Positions 11,001-19,870 of a stretch of 64,000 bases of DNA are shown piece by piece. A program made the translations under genes and the position numbers. The number at the start of each line of letters is the position of its first letter. Positions within the stretch are counted from its first letter, which is position 1. The notes under the pieces were generated by a model that was given only the letters and a program-made list of their open reading frames with translations, searched no databases and had not been told where the DNA came from. The stretch spans positions 32,001 to 96,000 of the forward strand of contig JBHLMN010000006.1 of assembly GCA_048938105.1 (NCBI GenBank). Direction: 5' to 3'. Source of the DNA: Promethearchaeota archaeon (GTDB taxonomy: Archaea; Asgardarchaeota; Heimdallarchaeia; Hodarchaeales; Hodarchaeaceae).

Positions 11001-11283
11001 CATAAAACGAATATATTGTTTCTTTCTTTATTTTAACAAAAGTACGAAACCCAGTATAAGGAACAAACATGTACGCTTTATTTGCAGGGAAGAATTCCAT
11101 GATTGGACTATTCTTATCTCGAACCCCAAAGCTACTAATACATTGTCCTCTATTAACATAAAAAACCCACATTGGAATCCCCATTTTCCCAGCAATCCCT
11201 GGTAAAAAGCTAGCAAAGGGTTTCGTATTATTATAATCCTCTATAATGAATCTATTTCTATCATCGTAATAATAATTGTTCAT
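8041..11283 (-). CDS. Glycoside phosphorylase, GH161-like (beta-1,3-glucan phosphorylase; often annotated cellobiose phosphorylase)
   Basis: 1080 aa. Motifs PFASFLPGIAG..GIPMWVFYVNRGQ, RKHGDMERDYN, QGNGNYRDVNQNRR, KPGWYDALNGLPG, PGWLENESIWTHMEYK, RLSGSTAEFL. Confidence 0.8.
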   Translation of the reverse strand: MNNYYYDDRNRFIIEDYNNTKPFASFLPGIAGKMGIPMWVFYVNRGQCISSFGVRDKNSPIMEFFPANKAYMFVPYTGFRTFVKIKKETIYSFYEPFALNDENKERIQCMKIKSDNFEIEELSQNHGLLFNIEYFTLANEDFAGLVRIVRIKNISSSDIDFELLDGLPIVIPYGASEFSLKSMNYTLESWMRVENLDNRVPFYKMAQLPGDKPSVEEIDSGNFYLAFLQKDNESILLEPLVDSHIIFGHNRSFHKPDSFIKTSIKQLYNKKQIHTNKTPCGFFGANFKLNTNQEIEIFSIIGQVNSVKWLNSHIDRIATKKYINTKKRENIELISSIANRVYTRTASNVFDLYCQQTYLDNVLRGGYPMIFENEERKIIFHSYLRKHGDMERDYNFFSLEPTYYSQGNGNYRDVNQNRRCEVLLDPQVQHANILTFMNLIQTDGYNPLELRGSNFSVLEKDISKILSFIEDDKQAEVLKVFLLKPFTPGSLIKFVKIHEIRLNSSLDEFLQTTLLHSEQNLNVIHGDGYWIDHWTYILDLIENYLVIYPDKKHELLFELSDFSYYDNPVIVQPREKKYVSINNEGKVRQLGSILFDKQKEKMINSRDFKRNLVRTKNGTIYKTTLFSKLLNLVLIKFTTLDPYGMGVEMEANKPGWYDALNGLPGIFGSSMPETYELKRLIQFMIDSIDESKDFMLRIPIEVYDLLNTVKEFLDNYFSSQTEDKQFTYWDCVTSKREVYRKITKFGFDGHEKQINLFEVKYVLGDFLQKIEQAITSALELTNDRYPTYFYYDVERFKFLHDEQGNKIINVDGFPCVKILQFKPMLLSLFLEGFVRAIKVQSHEEEAKKIWNQVRESSLFDRKLKMYKLNSSLENEPNDIGRAKAFTPGWLENESIWTHMEYKFLLEVLKTGLYDEFFEDFRNVLIPFQDPQVYGRSPAENSSFIVSSVFPDETLHGTGFYARLSGSTAEFLNIWFIMMVGKQPFFMKDDELHLEFKPILPDWLFDRKGEINFKFLGRTMVCYHNPERKDTFTGEIRIKKIKLTDAEDKDISIIGSDISFPYASMVRSGNIKTIDIYFEAS

Positions 11284-11383
11284 AATTCTACATTCCTAAT
11301 TTTAGGAGAAGATATCAACTTAGAGATTGTACAATTTTCATGATATATGTTTAATTCTTCTTTGAGGATTTGGAAGTATAATT

Positions 11384-11908
11384 ATGTCGACCCTATTTAC
11401 AGTCACAATCATTCTTATTTTATTAACTATACTAACAGAGACTATTTTTCTTATTCTACAGCTAAAAGGAAAAAGAATGACTAAATGGTTTGGTGTACAC
11501 GCGTTCATGATCCATGCAACCATTACTATATTTTTTTGGGGATTCAGTTTCTTCCTGATTTTTCTATTACAATTCGAAATGCATGAATACTTCCATAATA
11601 ATATCTTAATTAAATTAATAGGATTAATTTCGATTTTTACCGGATTTATTATAGCTGTATGGGGTTTCAAGAAGTTAGGCTTGAAGAGGTCGTTGTGCAT
11701 TAATTTTTATAATCCACAAATTCCCGTTGTGAAATCCTCATTATACAAGTATATCAAGAATCCTGAAGACTATGGTTTATGGATAATGCTTCTTGGTTTT
11801 GCTTTATTCACTGCTTCAGTATATAACTTGGTCATTGCATTTGAATTCATTATACTTATGATTCCACATCAAAGAATTGAAAACATTCCTCTAAAGGAAA
11901 ATGAATAA
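11384..11908 (+). CDS. PEMT/ICMT-family integral membrane methyltransferase
   Basis: Multi-TM protein with YKYIKNPEDYG (cf. PYxxxRNPxYxG) and a C-terminal ..QRIE. Confidence 0.65.
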   Translation: MSTLFTVTIILILLTILTETIFLILQLKGKRMTKWFGVHAFMIHATITIFFWGFSFFLIFLLQFEMHEYFHNNILIKLIGLISIFTGFIIAVWGFKKLGLKRSLCINFYNPQIPVVKSSLYKYIKNPEDYGLWIMLLGFALFTASVYNLVIAFEFIILMIPHQRIENIPLKENE

Positions 11909-11915
11909 AGATTCC

Positions 11916-12716
11916 TTAGTCTAAGGATACATCAGGAAACGCAACAATCCGACACATTGAAGACTCGAGTTCTATTCCTCGAAGAGGAAAACAACCAATC
12001 CAAATCCGTCTATTTTTCAATAGAGGATCATCAGGAATCCAAAGATTCTCTGCATGAATTATTCCTTTAGGGAATAAATCTAAATGCATTATCTGGTAAA
12101 ATTTATCCAGAGGAAACATTTCATCCCAAGAACTCACGTTATACTTTTCTACAAGCTTTTTTTCTGCTTCAATAAACAGTTTCGGATGCCAATCACGTAT
12201 TATCGTGTTCATTGGATGATCAGCACTTCCACAGTCAACACCAATCCATTTAAACTCCATATCTATAGCCCATTGGGGAAAATCTTTATCTGGTCCTGGA
12301 TGTTTGACGAAATATCTCAATTCATCACTCTCAGGTTGATCCCAAGCATACCTTTGATAACCAGTCTTAATAAGAAGAATATCCCCTTTTCTTATATCTG
12401 CCCGTTGCTTCAACATCTCAGGTGAATAGAGATCATAATCAGTTAATATATCAGAGAGGTCTACAACAACTCCTTGTCCACAGAATTCTTCTAACTCCAT
12501 TTGTCCAATACTTCTTCCAGCGGCAAAGAAATGGATTTCTCCATCGATATGCGTGCCTACGTGATTACTGGTAGTCAAAATCTGCCCATTGGCGCCTTGC
12601 CCCATATGTGCTCCAGCAATTCGTTTGAAATATTGCAATTGTAGAGGAACATAAGATGGCCATGGCGGGGTATGGATACTTAATCTTTGAGTCAAATCTA
12701 TTATTCGAAAAGTCAT
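11916..12716 (-). CDS. Cyclase family metal-dependent hydrolase (kynurenine formamidase-like)
   Basis: HVGTHIDGEIHF, GDILLIKTG, IGVDCGSAD, HAENL, CRIVA. Confidence 0.9.
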   Translation of the reverse strand: MTFRIIDLTQRLSIHTPPWPSYVPLQLQYFKRIAGAHMGQGANGQILTTSNHVGTHIDGEIHFFAAGRSIGQMELEEFCGQGVVVDLSDILTDYDLYSPEMLKQRADIRKGDILLIKTGYQRYAWDQPESDELRYFVKHPGPDKDFPQWAIDMEFKWIGVDCGSADHPMNTIIRDWHPKLFIEAEKKLVEKYNVSSWDEMFPLDKFYQIMHLDLFPKGIIHAENLWIPDDPLLKNRRIWIGCFPLRGIELESSMCRIVAFPDVSLD

Positions 12717-12892
12717 TTTTACCACATCATTTAATTAATTCGTTCAATTGTGCCTATAACGTCTATTCGTACAAATTATTTTCGGATATTTCCCGGTTTC
12801 TCATACAAAACCTTTGGATATGTTTTGTTTCGTTGTTTCGACATAATTAGAAAGAATCCTTTGAAAACAGATGAAAGGAAGCAGATTAGATA

Positions 12893-14341
12893 ATGAAACC
12901 AGTAGAAGAAGTTAAACGCATTTCTAGTGTCGGTATTGATATAGGAACTAGTACTTCCCATTTAATTTTCTCTGAATTATTATTAAAAAAAGATCCAAGC
13001 TCAAGAACAGAGAAATATCATGTTGCTGAACGAAACATAAAATACAGAGGCAATATATTCTTCACCCCACTTACAGACAAGAATGAAATTGATTTAGATA
13101 AATTAACGCAAATTTTATTGAAAGAATATGAAAAAGCGGGCAGAAAAACCACTGAAATTGATACAGGTGCAGTTATAATCACTGGAGAGTCAGCTAAGAA
13201 AGAGAATGCAGAAAGAATTATAGAGGTGCTAGCTCAAGAAACGGGGAAATTTGTAGCTGCTAGTGCAGGGCCAAATTTCGAGTCAATTATTTCAGCTTAT
13301 GGATCTGGAGCTGTAGATTATTCTAAGAAGAATTCCTGTAAAATAATTCATTCTGATGTTGGAGGTGGAACATCAAACGTAGCTATCATTAATAACGGAG
13401 AGATAACAGCAACAGCTTGCGCTAATATTGGAGGACGCTTGTTAATATTTAATAGAAAAGATGAAATAGCTCGAATAGAACCAGCTGGAAAACTTACATT
13501 AGAATATTGTCAATTAGATTTAAAAAAAGGAGAAAAAATCACTACAAAACAAAAAGATCAAATTTCTCAAGCTTTAGCTTCTACTTTAATGAATATAATA
13601 ACAACACATGAATTGACACCATTTGCTGAAAAACTTATGATGACAGCTCCTTTGCCTCTAGAAAGTTTTACTGGATCCCCTATATGGAGTTTTTCTGGAG
13701 GAGTAGCAGAATTTATATACAAACGGAATAATTATAACTATAATGACCTAGGACAACAATTAGGCAATAATATTCGATCACTAATCCAAAAATCACAACA
13801 CAATTGGATAGAAGTACCCGAAAAAATCCGCGCAACCGTTATCGGTGCGAGTGAGTATACTCTGGAGGTAAGTGGATCCACAACTTATATGTCAACTGAA
13901 ACCAGTGAGCAATTTTTCCCAATCAGAAATTTACCTATTGTTACACCAATAATTCAACGAGATTTATTATCAGAAGATTATGTTATGACCCAAATTACTT
14001 CTGCTCTTAAAAGACTTGACATTGTAGAGGGGGACACACCTATCGTATTAGCGTTCCATGATCCCGTGAGAACAGTATATGAAAAACTTAAAATGTTCTC
14101 ACAGGGAGTTGTTAAAGCTCTCCCCAAGACTGTTGAAAAGAATAAACCTATCATTATGGTATTCGACACGGATATTGGGAATTCAGTCGGCAATGTTCTT
14201 TCTCGAGAAACTGGGGTAGAAAACAATATTTTGTCTATTGATGAGATTTCTTTATGTGAAGGAGATTTCATTGATATTGGGCAGCCCATAATTGATAATA
14301 GGGTCTTTCCAGTTGTTATAAAATCACTAATATTTGGATGA
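12893..14341 (+). CDS. eutA: Ethanolamine ammonia-lyase reactivating factor EutA-like ATPase
   Basis: SVGIDIGTSTSHLIFS, TGAVIITGESAKKENA, FVAASAGPNFE, DVGGGTSN, IRATVIGAS, PVVIKSLIF. Confidence 0.88.
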   Translation: MKPVEEVKRISSVGIDIGTSTSHLIFSELLLKKDPSSRTEKYHVAERNIKYRGNIFFTPLTDKNEIDLDKLTQILLKEYEKAGRKTTEIDTGAVIITGESAKKENAERIIEVLAQETGKFVAASAGPNFESIISAYGSGAVDYSKKNSCKIIHSDVGGGTSNVAIINNGEITATACANIGGRLLIFNRKDEIARIEPAGKLTLEYCQLDLKKGEKITTKQKDQISQALASTLMNIITTHELTPFAEKLMMTAPLPLESFTGSPIWSFSGGVAEFIYKRNNYNYNDLGQQLGNNIRSLIQKSQHNWIEVPEKIRATVIGASEYTLEVSGSTTYMSTETSEQFFPIRNLPIVTPIIQRDLLSEDYVMTQITSALKRLDIVEGDTPIVLAFHDPVRTVYEKLKMFSQGVVKALPKTVEKNKPIIMVFDTDIGNSVGNVLSRETGVENNILSIDEISLCEGDFIDIGQPIIDNRVFPVVIKSLIFG

Positions 14342-14347
14342 ATCAAA

Positions 14348-14851
14348 ATGAAAGTACTAGGATTGATTTCTGATACTCATATCCCCTCTCGAGGAAAAAT
14401 GCTCCCTAATTCTGTTATAAAAGCATTTAAAGAGAAAAATGTTGAATTGATCATTCATGCAGGAGATTTTGAAGACTTATCAGTAGCCACAACCCTTGAG
14501 GAAATTGCCCCTCTTAAAGCAGTCCAAGGGAATATGTGTCACAGCTCCGTGAAGAAAAATTATCCAAAGAAAATATTTGTTTCAGTAGAGAATTTAGTCA
14601 TTGGTGTAACCCATGGTAGTGGAAGTCCTACTGGGTATCATAAACGTGTTATAAGTGAGTTCAAAAATGACCCACAACCTAATATTATTATAAGTGGACA
14701 CACCCATCAACCTTATGCCAAAATTAAAGATAATATTCTATTAATTAATCCAGGCACACCCACAGACAGATATTTTGCTTCCCGTAACACAATAGCAATC
14801 CTAGAAATCGATGGAAAAAGCTATGAATACTATTTCATTAATATAAAATGA
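14348..14851 (+). CDS. YfcE/MJ0936/Vps29-like calcineurin-type metallophosphoesterase
   Basis: ISDTH, HAGD, VQGN, THG, SGHTH, INPG. Starts 6 nt after eutA. Confidence 0.9.
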   Translation: MKVLGLISDTHIPSRGKMLPNSVIKAFKEKNVELIIHAGDFEDLSVATTLEEIAPLKAVQGNMCHSSVKKNYPKKIFVSVENLVIGVTHGSGSPTGYHKRVISEFKNDPQPNIIISGHTHQPYAKIKDNILLINPGTPTDRYFASRNTIAILEIDGKSYEYYFINIK

Positions 14852-14860
14852 TCTTGAAGA

Positions 14861-15343
14861 TTATGGTTTTCTTGATTTTATCAATCTTTGAGCAAGTAAT
14901 GCAGCATCTAAAATCGGTTTGTACCCTGTACATCGACATAAATGCCCTCCCAAAGCTGATTTGATTTCCTGTTCAGAAACGTTATGCTTTCTCTCATAAA
15001 GAGCATAAAGCTCCATAATGTAACCTGGAGTACAAAAACCACATTGCACTGCAGTGGATTCAATGAAGGCTTCTTGAATTGGATGTAACTTGTTATCAGG
15101 AGATTGGGGAGAAATTCCTTCAATTGTTATTACATTTGCTCCATCAAGCTTCTTGGGCCTAATAAGACAAGATTTAACAGCCTTGCCATTCAAGACAACT
15201 GTACAGGCCCCACAATGACCCTGATTACACCCATTCTTTGTTCCAGTTAAATTAAGCTTTTCACGTAAAATTGTTAGTAATGAATCTTTAGGATCAACTG
15301 TTAATATGTATTTTTTTCCATTGACAACAATTGTTATCTCCAT
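14861..15343 (-). CDS. (2Fe-2S)-binding small subunit of a xanthine dehydrogenase/CoxS-family enzyme
   Basis: GTKNGCNQGHCGAC, QCGFCTPG, HLCRCTGY. ATG 15343 lies 1 nt after the large-subunit stop. Confidence 0.92.
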   Translation of the reverse strand: MEITIVVNGKKYILTVDPKDSLLTILREKLNLTGTKNGCNQGHCGACTVVLNGKAVKSCLIRPKKLDGANVITIEGISPQSPDNKLHPIQEAFIESTAVQCGFCTPGYIMELYALYERKHNVSEQEIKSALGGHLCRCTGYKPILDAALLAQRLIKSRKP

Positions 15344-15344
15344 A

Positions 15345-17669
15345 TCATCTACTCCTCTCATTAAAACATTCTAATACCCTTTTGGGGGTCACTGGTAATT
15401 TTGTTAATGATATTCCAGTAGCCTGTTGAAAAGCATTAAGAATAGCAGGAGGTACACCAATAATGGGGTGTTCGGCCATTGGTCTCGCTCCATATGGTCC
15501 ATTTGGCTGGGGATTCTCAATTAAAATACATGTGAATTTATCGGGCATATCGGTTAATGTGGGTATTTGATATCGTTTCAAATTTGTTGTTTTCATGATT
15601 CCAGAATTATGAAAAAGGATTTGTTCCTTCAATGTTGCTCCAATCCCCATTACGACTCCTCCTGTTATTTGCCCTTGAGCTGTTTTAGGATTAATCACTT
15701 TTCCAATGTCAAGGGCTGTAACAAAGTGTTGGACTTTTATTCTTCCTGTAGCTTTTTCAATATTAATATCACAACCTTGGGCACCAAAAGTCCACTCATA
15801 AGGTTGGTATTGACCTGTTTCAAGATCTGGAAATGTGACATTTTTTACAACAGAGGAGCCAGTGGACAAAATAGGATCACCGACGGTATGACCATCTTCG
15901 TATTGGTATCCAAGAACAAGTTTTTCTAAAGGAATGCTTCCATCCCTATAGAAAACAGCTTTACCATCATAGGCTAGATCTTCCGAATCACGATTAAAAA
16001 CTAGAGAGGCATTTTGTTTGAACTGATCAATTGCCTCCTCACAAGCAGCTATTATTGCATTTCCGACCCTCATTGTTGTCATACTTGCAACAGACTGCCA
16101 TTCGTAAGGAGTCAATTGCGTATTGATCTCATAATTAACCCGAATATTTTCTACAGGGATTTTTAAAGTTTCTGCAGCTATCTGTGCCAATACTGTTAAA
16201 CATCCCTGTCCCATTTCAACTCCCCCAATCGATATGTTAACGGATAAATCCTCATTGAATTTCAGAAAAACGTTTGATGACGCATTTGCAGCTTGTACAG
16301 GTGATTTAACTAAAGCAGCAATCCCTCTTCCATACAAATATTTCTCATCTTCTTCTGGTAATGGATCAGCTTCAAGAGCTTTAATCATTTTTTCAAAACA
16401 TTCTCTAATATCACCGTTATCACTGGTAATCTGTTGACCTAAAGAATTGGTATCACCAGGTTTAAGGAAATTCTTTATCCGGATTTCTCTTGAATTCATT
16501 CCAAGTTTAAGTGCAAGCTGTTCAATTAATCTTTCAATCATCAATTGCCCTTCAGGATGGCCATAACCTCTCATTGCTCCTACAGGTGGAGTGTTTGTAT
16601 AAACACCAAAAGATTGAAGACTACAATTCGGGAAATAATAAGGGCCGGCACAGTTATGACCTGCTGCTAAGACTACATTGCAGCTTGTATCTGCATATGC
16701 TCCATCAGAAAAATACAACTGAGCCTCGAGTCCCACAAAGGTTCCGTCTTGTTTTGCCCCGATTTTCATTCTTCCTTTTAGACCTCGACCTAGTACAGTA
16801 CCAATGAACACTTCCTTTCGTGTAAGACGGAATTTTACATAGTAACCTGGGACATATCGAGCACAGAGAGCTAAAAGAGGTTCAATTGTATAATCTGATT
16901 TACCCCCGAATCCGCCCCCAAGAAAAGGAACACTAACATGAATTTTATTCATTGGGAGTTTGAAAACATCTGCAAGGACTTCTCGAACAATAAAAGGTGC
17001 TTGTGAACTACTCCATAGATATAATTCCCCAGTACGATCCCAATGAGCCACCGCACCGTGAGGTTCAATTGCTGCATGATTAATTAACGGGTATTCAAAT
17101 TCATCTTCAACAGTCACAGCAGCTTTTTGAAATACCTCTTTATGATCCCCCTTCTTCAAATGATATTTATAAAACACATTAGATTTAGGTATAGGAATAA
17201 ATGTTGGAAGGTGTTTATACTCACCATTTCGCTCGTGAATAAGAGGTGCTTTTGAAGAAGTAGCTTCGATCGGATCCAAAACAAAGGGTAATTCTATAAA
17301 CTGTAGTTTTATTTTCTCTACTGCTTCTAAAGCTAATTTCTCACTCTCTGCTATAACAGCTGCTACAACCTCACCTGCATGTCTAATCTTGTTATATGCT
17401 AAGGGAGGTTGATCGAAAATACAAGTTCCATATCGTAAGGTTTTGTCAATCCCTTCTGTATCTCTAGTAATAACTTTATGTACTCCCTCCATTAATTCAG
17501 CTTCAGTTGTATCAATAGATTTAATCTGGGCATGGGGAACACCACCTCGTAAAACCTTCATATGCAGTGTTCGGGGAAATCGTAAATCATCAATATAAAG
17601 AGCAGTACCAGTAACTTTCTCTATGGCATCTGCTCGGGGAACTGTCTTTCCAATTACTTGATAAGTCAT
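15345..17669 (-). CDS. Xanthine dehydrogenase family molybdopterin-binding subunit
   Basis: DAIEKVTG, GGGFGGK, AMRGYGHPE, EMGQG, SVASMTT, GQITGG, catalytic Glu in ARPMAEHP. Confidence 0.92.
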   Translation of the reverse strand: MTYQVIGKTVPRADAIEKVTGTALYIDDLRFPRTLHMKVLRGGVPHAQIKSIDTTEAELMEGVHKVITRDTEGIDKTLRYGTCIFDQPPLAYNKIRHAGEVVAAVIAESEKLALEAVEKIKLQFIELPFVLDPIEATSSKAPLIHERNGEYKHLPTFIPIPKSNVFYKYHLKKGDHKEVFQKAAVTVEDEFEYPLINHAAIEPHGAVAHWDRTGELYLWSSSQAPFIVREVLADVFKLPMNKIHVSVPFLGGGFGGKSDYTIEPLLALCARYVPGYYVKFRLTRKEVFIGTVLGRGLKGRMKIGAKQDGTFVGLEAQLYFSDGAYADTSCNVVLAAGHNCAGPYYFPNCSLQSFGVYTNTPPVGAMRGYGHPEGQLMIERLIEQLALKLGMNSREIRIKNFLKPGDTNSLGQQITSDNGDIRECFEKMIKALEADPLPEEDEKYLYGRGIAALVKSPVQAANASSNVFLKFNEDLSVNISIGGVEMGQGCLTVLAQIAAETLKIPVENIRVNYEINTQLTPYEWQSVASMTTMRVGNAIIAACEEAIDQFKQNASLVFNRDSEDLAYDGKAVFYRDGSIPLEKLVLGYQYEDGHTVGDPILSTGSSVVKNVTFPDLETGQYQPYEWTFGAQGCDINIEKATGRIKVQHFVTALDIGKVINPKTAQGQITGGVVMGIGATLKEQILFHNSGIMKTTNLKRYQIPTLTDMPDKFTCILIENPQPNGPYGARPMAEHPIIGVPPAILNAFQQATGISLTKLPVTPKRVLECFNERSR

Positions 17670-17850
17670 CAGATCATCCTCTTATAAAACAAGTCACTTG
17701 CATATTATTTTTTAAAAATTATGAATGTACTTTTGTAGGTTTCAAAAATTACCTCATTTTTATCTCAATTAGAGCGCTAAAGCACTATTCTTAAATCAGG
17801 TGAAAAAGGAGTTAAAACTAAGAAAGAAGAAGAGGGAGAATACTGTTTAT

Positions 17851-18402
17851 TTACTGTTTCTCTGGAAAAGAATAAGCAATAATCAACGCCACCCAACCTA
17901 GGAAAAAACATCCAACTAGAATGAAATTCAGATCTGGTTGGCCCATCTCGGATATACCCCAATCTTCTAATAACCATATAAGGAAAAACAAACCTAATTC
18001 TACTAGTGTTGCGATAAATCCAACAATTAGTCCAATCGGCCTCACTGGAGTGATAATTGGTTGTACATCCAACAACCTCATTAGTGGAGGTATAGTCACT
18101 AGAACAGCTCCAATAATACCAAGACCAAACCAAAGATATCCCCAAAGTGGAATTAAACCCCAAATAATCGCTATATCAGATGAGCCTGTTCCCATCTCAG
18201 CATAACTAATTGCGTCAGTGTAACCATTCATTGAAGTTATTATTACATTCCAATGATAATCCACCTTCATGGTCATTGTTCCTACAGAGACTGAATTTTG
18301 TAAAAATCCCCCAATGATTCTAAAAAATGGAATAAAGATTGTTAAGACTGCAAATAAAACAGCCCCTATTATTCCAATGAAATCGTTTGTATTATTTGCC
18401 AT
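17851..18402 (-). CDS. Four-TM membrane protein of unknown function
   Basis: Four hydrophobic segments with a ~50-aa loop after TM1. GGGGA RBS upstream. Confidence 0.75.
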   Translation of the reverse strand: MANNTNDFIGIIGAVLFAVLTIFIPFFRIIGGFLQNSVSVGTMTMKVDYHWNVIITSMNGYTDAISYAEMGTGSSDIAIIWGLIPLWGYLWFGLGIIGAVLVTIPPLMRLLDVQPIITPVRPIGLIVGFIATLVELGLFFLIWLLEDWGISEMGQPDLNFILVGCFFLGWVALIIAYSFPEKQ

Positions 18403-18549
18403 TATTGTTTCCCCTTACTCTCATTAAGAAGGTCTTTATACCTCCCTAAAAACTTATTATTTCAACTATTTATAATCTTACACTTGGGGCAAATATGAGG
18501 AACCTAATAATTAGCATAATATTGAAGGAATTACAACGGTTTGATCAAA

Positions 18550-19800
18550 ATGTATGAAACATTATTAGAGGAAAAAGAGAAGGAATTAAGAACCCAAGCA
18601 CGGGAGTTTGTACGGACTATTCCTTCATCCTGGTTACGAAAAATGGATCAAAACGAGATCCAATATCCTATTGATTATGTAAAAGCAGTAGCAGACCAAA
18701 AACTCCTTGGTATTCGCTTTCCTAAAGAGTACGGAGGACAGGGATTAGGATGGGTTGCAGAAGTATCCATACTAGAGGAGATTGGTGTTCTTGGAGCATC
18801 CCTTGGATGCTTGTATTCTTTACCCAGTATTGTTGGTGAGGCAATCAATAGGTTTGGCAATGAAGAACAGAAAAGAGAATACTTAGAACCAATCATCAGG
18901 GGAAAACTGTTTTGTGCGGAAGCACTTACTGAACCGAGAGGCGGTTCCGATTTCTTTGGAGCAACCTGTACAGCTGAGAGACAGGGTGATACATTCATTC
19001 TAAATGGCCAAAAAAGGTTTGTCGTGGGATCTGAAGGAGCGGACGTGTTTCTTGTCTATGCGAAAACTGACTTGAAGACTAAAGATCCCAGAAAATCGAT
19101 CAGTACTTTTATTGTCAACCGAGATGTTGGAGTAGAGGTAAAACATGTTTATGGATTAATGGGTACTCGCGGAGGAGGAACTGGAAGATTGTTTTTCAAT
19201 AATGTAGAGGTTCCCATGGAGAATTTAATAGGGGAAATTAATCAGGGGGGTGATATATTCAATCAAATGATGATTCCAGAGCGAATGACTAGTGCTGCGG
19301 GAGCTATTGGCGCAGCACGAGCTGGGTTTGAAGTTGCAGCTAAATATAGTAATCGTAGAAAAGCATTTGGCCAACTTATTAGAAGATTTCAAGGAGTGAG
19401 TTTTAAACTAGCGGATAGCATAACATTAATTGATGCCGCTAGATCATTAATTTACACAACCGCAAGGATTATAGATGCCAAAAATGGCTTTACTAATGGA
19501 GAAATTCGTCGAAAGGTTTCTGAAACCAAAAAATTTGCCACGGATTCAGCTTGGACGGTTATTAACAACGCAATGCAGATTATGGGGGGAATAGGTTATA
19601 CAAATGTGTACCCAGTTGAACGACTCTTAAGAGACATTAGATTAATGACTATATGGACTGGAACTAATGAAATTATGAATTTACTCATTCAATACGAGTA
19701 TTATCGTGAATTTCTCAAACGACCTCAAGAAATTATTCCTCGTAATATCGAGCAGGATGCCGTTGGAGCAGAATTCGAAGAAGAAAAGGTCTTTGAATGA
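18550..19800 (+). CDS. Acyl-CoA dehydrogenase
   Basis: [48 protein letters not shown]. Confidence 0.93.
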   Translation: MYETLLEEKEKELRTQAREFVRTIPSSWLRKMDQNEIQYPIDYVKAVADQKLLGIRFPKEYGGQGLGWVAEVSILEEIGVLGASLGCLYSLPSIVGEAINRFGNEEQKREYLEPIIRGKLFCAEALTEPRGGSDFFGATCTAERQGDTFILNGQKRFVVGSEGADVFLVYAKTDLKTKDPRKSISTFIVNRDVGVEVKHVYGLMGTRGGGTGRLFFNNVEVPMENLIGEINQGGDIFNQMMIPERMTSAAGAIGAARAGFEVAAKYSNRRKAFGQLIRRFQGVSFKLADSITLIDAARSLIYTTARIIDAKNGFTNGEIRRKVSETKKFATDSAWTVINNAMQIMGGIGYTNVYPVERLLRDIRLMTIWTGTNEIMNLLIQYEYYREFLKRPQEIIPRNIEQDAVGAEFEEEKVFE

Positions 19801-19870
19801 AGTTCTAAGTATAAAACCAACATAACTAAGTTCGATAAGAATCTAAGACTCTAGTAATGAAGGAGAGTAT

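Noticed and set aside
14348-14851. True retromer Vps29 ortholog
   Set aside because: All metal ligands of ordinary YfcE/MJ0936 phosphoesterases are present and there are no trafficking neighbours. It cannot be distinguished without a phylogeny.
15345-17669. Aerobic CO dehydrogenase CoxL
   Set aside because: The active-site loop is AMRGYG, not AYxCSFR, and there is no coxM.
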